Origin: Sphaerodactylus townsendi
Lineage: Eukaryota
Assembly: GCF_021028975.2 (NCBI RefSeq)
Contig: NC_059428.1
Coordinates: forward strand, 148,304,001-148,368,000
Length of the DNA stretch: 64,000 nucleotides
Reading direction: 5' to 3'
Part shown: positions 21,902-32,602 of the stretch, in pieces
How positions within the stretch are numbered: the stretch's first letter is position 1
Layout: the number at the start of each line of letters is the position of its first letter
Made by a program: the position numbers and the translations under genes
Notes under the pieces: model-generated
Told to the model about the DNA's origin: nothing
The model's input: only the letters and a program-made list of their open reading frames with translations
Database searches by the model: none

Positions 21902-24900
21902 ATGTTTTGTGTGGCACCCCATGGAATAGGATCCACCATGAATGTAACCAAGGGTGGTCTGGTGCTCTTCTCGGCCAATTCCAACCCGTCATGCATGGAA
22001 CTATCAAGAAGAATCTCTGAGTAAGTATAGTGGTCTGGAGGGTTGTGTGTTTGTGATGCCCTTTGGTGGTGCTTCGCAGCATCTTAGGTGTGCTGGCAGG
22101 CTTGGGTACAGAGTGCAACCGTTAGCAAGTCGAGCGTTGAGTTCCTTGGTTAATGCTTGACTGCCGTTCGCCAAGATAAGGTCGTATTCATCCTCCAGGG
22201 TCAACATAATGTGAGTTTTTCTGGTTGGGCACCAGGGAAGAAGGGAAAAGCAGAAGGAATCTGACACACGCGTTGGGCAACTGAAACTAGGAAACAAAAC
22301 TTAGGACGATGGCCACCTTCCGCCAATGGAAGAGTCACCTAAGTTTGACAAAGAGCCTGGAGCAACGCCTCAAACTCTGCCCGGTTTAGGGTTAGGTTTT
22401 GTGGGAACAATAACTGGAAACTGTGATCCACAAAATGTGGGACCAGGTTTAAAAATGAGCCCGGCGCCTCAATTTATGGACAGATTGAGGCCAGTTTTAA
22501 AGCATCTTTTGTAGTAAATTGTCTTGTTCCCCGTGGCTCAAGAGTAGCCGCTGTCGATGTTCCCAGGGTGGTTTTTTTCAAGTTTGTTTCTCCGTGGTGT
22601 TGTTTCTCCCTTGCCCTGACACGGACCTCTCCTTTCCCTCCCCCTTCAGGCGCCTCGGAATTGAGATGGGGAAAGTCCAGGTTTATCAGGAGCCAAACAG
22701 AGGTGAGAATAAAGAAGAGCTATTTCCCATCGTGGCGGACGCTGCTCCTTCACGTCGTCTGCCCACCGGCATTCGTATCCTTTGCTCCCTTTATCAACTC
22801 TCCAACCTATTCTGTGCTATGCAGATCGGGGTGGCTGTTCCCTGGTTTTACCTGCCCCGCCCCAGTTCCTGCTATTGGCCATCCCTTGGTCATTGGCGCT
22901 GCATCACCTCGCGAGCGCAGACAGGGGTCTGGCAAGCAAGGCGAGTGGGATCCAGTTGGGTGTTGGGTCTCAAACCCTGAAGCAATAAACTGACTCTGGA
23001 GCGTTGATCAGTAGTGTTTATGGAAAGACATTGAAGCACCCAGCTGGACACAGCCAGTTCTGGGGAACCTGGCTTTGGCTACCTGTTTTATCCTGGAGTC
23101 AGTCCCCCCTCCCTGTTTCTTAAGGAATGTGAGAAAGTTAGTTTGGAGCCAGGGTGCCCCAAGGTCGGCGTTAGACAGAGATAAAGCCACCTGGCATCCT
23201 GCTCCATGGGACAGTGGAAACAACTCTGTCTCCCGTGAGACTGAAGTGTCGGGGGTAAGCCTAGTTATCTAATTAGCGAGTGAAGCCATAAAGCAAAGAT
23301 CAAGGGAAGAATGTCCCAGGATAGCAGCGATATCATATAGCAGGCTGGTTGCGTATATCTTGCAGCGAGGTAGTTACATACATCTTGTATGTTACATACA
23401 GCCACATGCGGCGGTTAGGAATGCATCTCAATCACCCGATACAGTCCCCCTGGCGTTGGGATGGTTTGCCTGCTGAAGGCATGTGGTCTCTTTTGGCAGA
23501 AACGAGGGTGCAGATCCAGGAGTCTGTGCGAGGGAAAGACGTCTTCATCATCCAGACGGTGTCAAAGTGAGTGACGACGGATCTCAGTTCGGGAAGAATT
23601 CCTGAGGTGCTCCCGTGCAAGACGTTAAAACAGGCCAGCAGGGCAGATCTGTGCTCTGCCTGCCATCTTTTAATGTGTGCTTCGTTGTGAACTTATTTCC
23701 TACATTTCTGGACACTGAAACACAGCTTCTTCGTTGCAGGGATGTGAACACAATCATCATGGAACTCCTGATCATGGTCTACGCCTGCAAGACCTCCTGT
23801 GCCAAAAGCATCATCGGCGTGGTCCCCTACTTTCCGTACAGCAAGCAGTGCAAGATGCGCAAACGGGGCTCCATCGTCTCCAAGCTGCTGGCCTCCATGA
23901 TGTGCAAAGCAGGTGAGAAGATTGGGGTATTCATGCGTCCTTCCAACATGTAAGGAATAGTTTTAAGCATCTCTCTGTGCAGTAGGAGAGGCTTCTGTTT
24001 CAAGCTCGACGTGGCTCAGGAATGGTGTCTCTGAAGGACCATCTTCTCCCGGACGTTCCTGGACAGATGAGAGAGCTGGGCCAAAACTATCAAGAGGGTA
24101 AACAAAGGGAATGCTGTGGACATGGCCTACCTTGATTTCAGTAAGGCAAGGTGCCCCATGACGTTCTTGTAAGCAAGCTAGGGAAATGTGGGCTGCCTCG
24201 GAGACTAGGACACAAAGTAATGGATTCAAGGTGCAGGAAAAGAGATTCCACCTAAACCTCGGGAAAAACTTTCTGACCATCAGGGCTGTTCGACAGTGGA
24301 ATGCCCTACCTGGGAGTGTGGTGGAGTCTCCTCCTTTGGAGTTTTTTAAAGAGACGCTGGATGGCCATCTGTCAAGAGTGCTTTGATTACGTGTTCCTGC
24401 TTTGCAGGGGGTTGGACTTGATGACTCTTGTGGTCTCTTCCAACTCTATGATTCTATTATTTTTAACCACTACACCACTCTGGCTGTCAAGGCACAATTT
24501 TGCTAGGTGCCAGGGAGTACCTAACCGTCATTTGAAATTTAATAAATCTGCAATGGGAAAAGCTTGTCTCATGCGTTTTGAAGTCCGAGCCACTTTGGGA
24601 GAAGGGGAGAAAAAATAATATCTGTTCTACACCAATATTTGTCTTGTTTCTTATAGATAGAATGGGATTCTGAAATATTTATTTCCTCTCTGCTTTCCCC
24701 AAGGTCTGACTCATCTGATCACTATGGACTTGCATCAAAAAGAAATCCAGGGCTTCTTCAACGTCCCGGTCGATAACCTGAGAGCGTCGCCATTTTTGCT
24801 GCAGTACATCCAAGAGGAGGTGAGCCATACCCTGTCTTCAATCTCCAGGTGGGGCGGTTTGGGTCACGCAAAGATGGTTGGTCTCTCTCCAGACACCCAA

Positions 24901-27900
24901 CACAGGAGCTGAGAAAGAACGCCACCTGTTTGCGCCAGAGGTTTGGTTTTCTTCCTTTAAAACAGCAAATCTTACGCGTCCCCCGAAGATGTGAGACATA
25001 AAAAAATAACTTTCTAAACATGTCATTACAGATTCCAGACTACAGGAATGCTGTGATTGTGGCCAAATCGCCTGCCTCTGCGAAGAGGTTGGTAATTGTT
25101 TCCTGAAGTCCTGCAGTTATTTTCTTCACAGCGTAGCGGCTGGGAGAATGATATGCGCACTAGGGTATCCCTGGTTGGATCATCTCTGTCCTGTGAACTC
25201 TCTAAATGGCCTTGCAGGGTGGTGGGGTGCGGGGGGGGGGGGGATCTCTACCTCCGCCTGCGTGCAATATGGGAATGATAGCGCTGATCTACTTTGAGTT
25301 TGTGAAAAGAATTACAAGAAGCTTATTTATGATAGGGACAATATACTTCAGTCTTGGCCTGTCTACACTATGTGTCTCTTTCTGGGCACAATTCTGAGTG
25401 CTAGTGTTGATCTTTAAATTAACTTCATAGAATCATAGAGTTGGAAGAGACCTCAAGGGCCATCAAGTCCAACCCCCTGCCATGCAGGAATACACAATCA
25501 AAGCACTCCTGACGGATGGCCATCCAGTCTCTGTTTAAAAACCTCCAAAGAAGGAGATTCCACCACTCCCCGAGGTCGTGCATTCCACCGTCCAACATCC
25601 CTTACTGTCAGGAAGTTTATACTGACAGTAATCTCTTTTCCTTCATCTTGAACTCACAGTAGTAAAAACGAGTGTCAAAACAAACCGGCTGTCTTTTTGT
25701 TTTTCTTCTGAAATGTACTTTAAAAATATTCTCCCTTAACCTGTAGGGCGCAGTCGTTTGCCGAGCGTTTGCGGTTGGGGATCGCTGTCATACACGGGGA
25801 GGCCCAAGATGCCGAGTCGGACCTGGTGGATGGACGTCATTCGCCCCCCACAGCCAAAAACGTTGCTGCCATTCACCCGAGCTTAGAGATCCCAAGTAAG
25901 TGACCGTGGGTTAAAGGCGGGCTTCTCTGTCAGTATATGGGCATCCCAAATTGGGGGCTGGAACAGACAGTGGTTGGTCTGAAGCTTGCCCCAGGTTCCA
26001 TCTGCAGCATATCCAGTTGCAGGGTCTGGCAGTAGACTCCCAGAGGGTAGCTGTGCANNNNNNNNNNNNNNNNNNNNNNNNNNNNNNNNNNNNNNNNNNN
26101 NNNNNNNNNNNNNNNNNNNNNNNNNNNNNNNNNNNNNNNNNNNNNNNNNNNNNNNNNNNNNNNNNNNNNNNNNNNNNNNNNNNNNNNNNNNNNNNNNNNN
26201 NNNNNNNNNNNNNNNNNNNNNNNNNNNNNNNNNNNNNNNNNNNNNNNNNNNNNNNNNNNNNNNNNNNNNNNNNNNNNNNNNNNNNNNNNNNNNNNNNNNN
26301 NNNNNNNNNNNNNNNNNNNNNNNNNNNNNNNNNNNNNNNNNNNNNNNNNNNNNNNNNTGGCATAGTGGTTAAGAGCAGGTGCATTCTAATCTGGAGGAAC
26401 CAGGTTTGATTCCCCGCTCTGCCGCCTGAGCTGTGAAGGCTTATCTGGGGAATTCAGATTAGCCTGGGCACTCCCACACACGCCAGCTGGGTGACCTTGG
26501 GCTAGTCACAGCTTCTCGGAGCTCTCTCAGCCCCACCTACCTCACAGGGTGTTTGTTGTGAGGGGAGGAAGGGCAAGGAGATTGTCAGCTCCTTTGAGTC
26601 TCCTACAGGAGAGAAAGGGGNNNNNNNNNNNNNNNNNNNNNNNNNNNNNNNNNNNNNNNNNNNNNNNNNNNNNNNNNNNNNNNNNNNNNNNNNNNNNNNN
26701 NNNNNNNNNNNNNNNNNNNNNNNNNNNNNNNNNNNNNNNNNNNNNNNNNNNNNNNNNNNNNNNNNNNNNNNNNNNNNNNNNNNNNNNNNNNNNNNNNNNN
26801 NNNNNNNNNNNNNNNNNNNNNNNNNNNNNNNNNNNNNNNNNNNNNNNNNNNNNNNNNNNNNNNNNNNNNNNNNNNNNNNNNNNNNNNNNNNNNNNNNNNN
26901 NNNNNNNNNNNNNNNNNNNNNNNNNNNNNNNNNNNNNNNNNNNNNNNNNNNNNNCGTCTTCCAGCAAACATTGCAATAAATACAGTAAAACAGATTAAAA
27001 CCCAGTCTAAAACAGACGGCGTTACAATTGTCAGGTGCTGTACAGAAATTGAAGAGGGGTCCTGATCTCAGGCTTATGGTTTAAAGGAGAGGAAAGAAAT
27101 GTAGGAAGAGAGATAGTTGTTTCAAAGTGACCAGAACGAAGCATCAAGTCGAGATCTTGGCTGCTGACGGGGTAACTTGAGGGGGCGCTGAGCATCCCTC
27201 CTGTGACCCATATTTGTGCAAATGTCATTTCTGTGTTTGCAGAGGCTGGCTGTTTGGGTGTGGTTCCTTCTTCAAATATATGAAAGCCATGCCATTTGAG
27301 TTTTTGTTCTGTTTGACAATTGGTCCTGGTTTTACTTTGACGGACTGAAAACGTAGGGAGGGAGGGTTGGCATTTTGTAGGTAAAAGGAGCCTCTCAAAC
27401 GACAATTAGAGTGTGACATGCATTTCCCTTCCTCTCCTTGCCTCAATCAGTGCTGATTCCAAAAGAGAAACCGCCCATCACTGTTGTCGGAGACGTAGGA
27501 GGAAGAATAGCCATCATAGTGGTACGTAGCATCTGTGGCCCCTTTCAGCGCTATAATTCTAGCACAGGATTGCTTTCACACTTGACTCCCGAACCTTTTC
27601 CTGGGGGGTCGCTTTCACAATATGCTGCAAAGTAAGAGTGCCTCTGAGCTCGTGCCGAGTGTCGTTCGGCTTCCCGCTGCATAGCCCTGGCCGGCCTCCT
27701 TGTTGCTTGGGGTGATCTGGTTGTCGTTCTTCTGTTTCCTGTATGAACCAGGACGACATCATCGACGACGTTGACAGCTTCCTGGCCGCCGCCGAGACTC
27801 TCAAAGAACGAGGGGCCTACAAGATCTTTGTCATGGCCACCCACGGCCTCCTTTCCTCGGACGCCCCCAGGTTGATAGAGGAGTCTGCCATTGACGAGGT

Positions 27901-29008
27901 AAGATAGTAGGCTGGCCCCATTGCAGAATCCTAGAGAAAGGTGGGGTAGAAAAATTACCCGAGGGGTTCTACACTGTGTTGGAAATGTTACTTTGAAGCT
28001 GAGGGGATTTACGTGCGAGTAAGACGAGGAGCAGCAGTGGCGTAGGAGGTTAAGAGCTCGTGTATCTAATCTGGAGGAACCGGGTTTGATTCCCCGCTCT
28101 GCCGCCTGAGCTGTGGAGGCTTATCTGGGGAATTCAGATTAGCCTGTCACTCCCACACACGCCAGCTGGGTGACCTTGGGCTAGTCACAGCTCTTCTGAG
28201 CTCTCTCAGCCCCACCCACCTCACAGGGTGTTTGTTGTGAGGAGGGAAGGGCAAGGAGATTGTCAGCCCCTTTGAGTCTCCTGCAGGAGAGAAAGGGGGG
28301 ATATAAATCCAAACTCTTCTCTTCTTCTCTTCTACGAGAAAAGGCGGAGGCGCTGGGGAACGCTTAGTCTGGAGAAGAGGAGGTTCATAGAATCACAGAG
28401 CTGGAAGATACCCCCAAGGGCCATCAAGTCCAACCCCCTGCAATGCCAGAAAACACAATCAAAGCACTCCTGACAGATGGCTATGCACTGCCTCAGAGGG
28501 TGGTGGTGTCTCCTTTGGAGGTTTTTAAAGAGAGGCTGGATGGCCATCTGTCAGGAGTGCTTTGATTCTGTGCTCCTACACTGCAGGGGTTTGGACTTGA
28601 TGACCCTTGGGGGGTCTCTTCCAACTCTATGATTCTGGTCCTGTGCCCTGTGGTCACTGCCTCCATTCTTCTTCTGTTCCTCACAAAAACCACTACTCGT
28701 TATAAAACAGTTTATTTCCCACTTTTAAGGTGTTGGTCCCACAGCACGATGCTAGAAAAATAAATGACCGAGAAACCGTAACTTCTTCCCGGTTTCTGAC
28801 ATTTCCTTTATCTCTCTATCTCTTTCCCTCTCTCTTTTTCTCTCGCTAGGTGGTGGTCACCAACACCATTCCGCACGAGATACAAAAACTCCAGTGTCCC
28901 AAAATCAAGACTGTGGACATCAGCCTGATCCTCTCCGAGGCCATCCGCAGAATTCACAACGGGGAGTCCATGTCGTACCTTTTCCGAAACATAGGCCTGG
29001 ATGACTGA
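21902..29008 (+). CDS. PRPSAP2: Phosphoribosyl pyrophosphate synthase-associated protein 2, complete, 369 aa
   Basis: Ten GT-AG exons: 21902-22020, 22650-22702, 23500-23566, 23740-23912, 24704-24819, 25032-25087, 25747-25895, 27451-27521, 27752-27898, 28850-29008 (1110 nt in total). Translation [27 protein letters not shown]...[31 protein letters not shown]...[18 protein letters not shown]. Confidence 0.98.
24090..24457 (+). mobile_element. CR1 LINE 3' fragment
   Basis: RT remnant (vD.aYLDFSKA), C-terminal [18 protein letters not shown]..[15 protein letters not shown] and (attctatg)-type tail. Confidence 0.85.
25426..25660 (-). mobile_element. CR1 LINE 3' fragment
   Basis: Begins catagaatcatagagttggaagagacc, the reverse of the CR1 tail. 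Confidence 0.85.
26358..26620 (+). mobile_element. tRNA-derived SINE
   Basis: Near-identical to the copy at 28030; flanked by masked tracts. Confidence 0.85.
28030..28332 (+). mobile_element. tRNA-derived SINE, full length
   Basis: A/B boxes, core and (TTC)n tail; probable TSD acgag. Confidence 0.88.
28386..28636. mobile_element. Two CR1 3' ends fused in inverted orientation
   Basis: 28386-28482 is the diverged reverse complement of ~28540-28636. Confidence 0.8.
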
Positions 29009-29873
29009 CCGTGCCTCGGAGGCTTTTGCAAGAGAAAAATTCAGGGGCCAAAAACGGAACACGGACCGTAAATTTCAAACTGTGAATCTTTGTGGCTTCA
29101 TCCTTTGTATTTCAACGGAATCCTCCCTCTTCCCCCCCCCCCCCACACACACACATCTCAGCAGTTGAGTTGCTCTCCTCCCGTGCTTTAAATTTAGTAA
29201 CGAGATTTTTGAGAAGCTATTTTTTCCCCCTTTGCCATGTTTGTGAAAAACCAGACTGGACCAAAAAAAGAAAAATACCCTTCAGGGGAAAAAAATTAGC
29301 CTCCGTTAGGTTAGCTGCGCTCCTTTACAGGCAGTTGCGTCTTTGGAGAGAATGGTGGTTTGTGAAAGAGCTTTTTTTTCTGCAGGAGAACAATCCCAAT
29401 GTCAGGTAAGCAGGTTGGTCACCCGGCATGAGGTCCTTTTCTTAATGAGACGCGTAGAGGGGTCCTTGAAGAATCCACAAGCCAAAAGCTTTCCCTCGCC
29501 AGACGAAGATCGCAAGCGAGAGTTAAAGGGATCCTTTGCAAGAGTTCCTCCGCCCCTCACCGGCTGGCTCTCGAGCTGCTTCCGTCTCCTTCTTGGAGGC
29601 CTGTGTTGAACTTGGTGGATCGTGCCGGAAGAAAACGCACGCACAACACTCCGGAGGAACTCGGCTCCTCGACGAAGCGTTCCTCGTTTCCCAAACCGCT
29701 TGTGCAGCCAACTGCTTTTGCAAGGGCTGGTTGACGTCAACGCCTCGCGTCTGCCAAGCCAAAAAATAATAATTTTGTGCCGTTGTCTGCGATTCACTGT
29801 CTCTTTTTTCTGTAGAAATGCTTTTATAGGAAAGGCGTATGGAATATGCACCGGTATTTATTTTCTGTGACAA

Positions 29874-29879
29874 AATAAA
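29874..29879 (+). terminator. PRPSAP2 polyadenylation signal
   Basis: AATAAA ~870 nt after the stop codon, followed by a GT/T-rich element. Confidence 0.7.
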
Positions 29880-31098
29880 ATCTGGGTGTTTTTTTTTCCT
29901 GTGTGTGCGTGTGTGTACGTCAGGTTTGAAAGAAATAGGCACGTGAATGGTTGTTGTCTAGATAATATTTCGAACTCAGGGGCGCTGGGGCCTCAGATCT
30001 TGATGGAACTGGAATGATGTGGGATTTCTGGGTTTATGGCTTAAAACTTTTGGACAGGGTGTCGCCTAGACTTGTCCACCTGTCTTTCTACGAGTGCGAA
30101 GCCCAGCCACCCAACGGATCCTTGGGGTTTAAACAGTTAAAACAAAACATAGCAATTTTCATTTGTCTGGACAATTCAATGCACAGCTTTTAACACCTGC
30201 ACTATAAGTAGGGCCTTCTATGGATTTGGTATAAACTTCTGTACCTTACCTGTCCTATGGGTGTTGGTCTCTAATGGGGCTTGCAAAACCAAGCACTTCG
30301 TTCTGTCAGGGTAAATCAGAGTAAACCAGCTTCATGGGGCAGGAACGTGGAGCAGTAGAGTCCCAGGTGTGGTCACAATCGGTCAGGAGGCAGATCCGGC
30401 ACGGCAAACAGGTTCCAAAGGTAGAGAGGCACAGGGTCAAAACCAGCCCAGAAGACAACCAGAGCCAAAGGCAATAGGGTTGCCAACTCTGGGTTGGAAA
30501 CTTCTTGGGAGATTTTGGGGGTGGAACCTCAGGAGGGCAGGGTTTGAGGAGGGGAGGGGCTTCAACGGGGTGTAATGCCATAGTGCCTCCCTTCCAAAGC
30601 AGCCATTTCCCCCTGGGTAACAAATCTCTGCAGTGTGAAGATGAATCTTAATTCTATGCTTTGTGGTTGGCCCCTCTAAACTTTGCGACTGGAGTGGCCC
30701 CAAAGAAGGCCCTGCACGTCTGCTTGATGTAAGAGATGGGGACAAAAATATTCTTTCCACCCAGTGCTGCATGGTTGTGTGTAAGCCGGAAGCTTGTATG
30801 TGAGGTTCCCTTCCCCTGAGGGCTGTTCACCCCTGGGAAAGTTTACAATCCTTTTCCTTTGTCCGCTGATGCTTCCGAAGCCAATGCCATGCGAATATCT
30901 CCAATACTACCACCTCCTGAGACATCAGACTTACTACTGCGTCTACCGTGTACCAAGCTCTTTAAATTGTTGAGTCTTGGAATATTTCAGCGTACAGAAT
31001 TCCAGGACACAATGCACAATAATCATGTTCCTTTAATATCTAATGGAAACCTAGCATTCAGATTAACAGACTGCTTGAAACGCTCTGTCAGTCCTAAG

Positions 31099-32281
31099 CA
31101 GAGGCGTTCCTCCCATTGGGCAAAGTGGGCAGCTGCCCAGGGCGCCACCTTGTGATGGGCGAAAAAATTGCAGGTTCGTTTGTGGGGGGTTTTGTATTTT
31201 CAGAGTTATTTCCGTTTTTGGCCTGCAGGGGTTGCAGATTTTAAGCTAGCAGCATCAAAATTTCAGGGATTTTTTGGGAGACTCTCCTGATGATATGACC
31301 TGGGTTTGGTGAGGTTTGGTTTAGGGAGTCCAAAGTTATGGACTCCCAAAGGGAGTGCCCCCATCCCCCATTGTTTCCAATGGGAGCTAATAGGAGATGG
31401 GGGCTACAATTTTGAGGGTCCATAACTTTGGACCCTCTGAACCAAATTTAACCAAACCTGGGTGGTATCATCAGTAGGGTCTCACGAAGATACTCTGAAA
31501 TTTTGGTGCTGCTATCTTAACAATTGCACCCCTGACAGCAGGCACCCCCTAAATTTCCCCAGATTCGCTTTTTAAATCCACTCCCTGCCAATGCTTGTTT
31601 TCTTTTTTCTTTTATTCTCTCAATGCCTAATAAAGGTTGTTGTTGTTGTTGTTAAATCCACCCCCTTCGGCATGGATTTAAAGGGAGAATCTGAGGTCCC
31701 CAGTTTTAACATTGAAAGGGATGCTGTTTCAGGGTGGGGGAGAATCCACCCCAAAATAGCATCACTTTCAATGTTGTTTAAAGTGGGGACCCCACATTCT
31801 TCCTTTAAGGTGGATTTAAAAGGAGAATCTGGGCTCCCTAGTTTAAACACCATTGAAAATGATGCTGTTTGGGGGTGGATTCCAGCATCACTTGTTTAAA
31901 CTAGGGAACCCAGATTCTCCTTTTAAATCCACCTTAAAGGGAGAATCTGGGGTCCCCAGTTTAAGTAACATTGAAAGTGATGTTGTTTCCCCCAATTGGG
32001 GGGTCTGGATACAACACCATAAAATGTTTTCATAGCAGTAATAAAACATTTTGAAAGTATTTTGAAAACGTTTTCCAAAAATTATTTCTGCTGCGTGGCT
32101 TGGCCTATTGCTGCATTCAGATTTGTGAGTTGGGGGATGTTCTACAATGTGATGGTGACTTTGAAATGACCTGGTGGAAAAAATCATTGTTTGGTCACGG
32201 TGGGGGAGGGCAGCTGCCCATGGGGGGGAGCATGAAACTCAGGTTTTGCCCAGGGCTCCAGTTTGCCGAGGTACGCCTCTG
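31099..32281. mobile_element. Non-autonomous hAT-type transposon with internal direct and inverted subrepeats
   Basis: TIRs cagaggcgttcctc / gaggtacgcctctg; TSD gtcctaag/gtcccaag. The unit aaagggagaatctggggtccccagtttaaa..cattgaaa repeats in both orientations at 31650-31990. Confidence 0.8.
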
Positions 32282-32378
32282 GTCCCAAGCCAATACATAG
32301 AGGCCCAAAGTTGTTTCCGGTGCCAAACGTGTGATTTTGGCACTGTTTCACATCCATTTGCAAAAAAAAGGAAGCAAC

Positions 32379-32602
32379 TTAATTTGAAATGGTGATAAAA
32401 GTCCAAAAGATAAGAGGGAAATATAGAAACAGGGCGGGACGGCTTGGTATATATGTTGTTGCTCTATTTGTGGTACGAGTTATGGCTCTTCCCGTGGTAG
32501 GAGTTATGGTGCTTTCCGGATCAGGAGTTGTGACGCTTCCAGTGTTGAGAGTGGTGTTTCCGGATGTGGGATAAATTGTGCTTCCGCAGACGTGACTTGT
32601 TA
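32379..32602 (-). CDS. Six-module gene: last exon, Thr/Ser/Pro-rich stalk plus hydrophobic C-terminus
   Basis: VTSHVCGSTIYPTSGNTTLNTGSVTTPDPESTITPTTGRAITRTTNRATTYIPSRPALFLYFPLIFWTFITISN*; phase-1 acceptor tgtgttttcag|. Confidence 0.75.
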
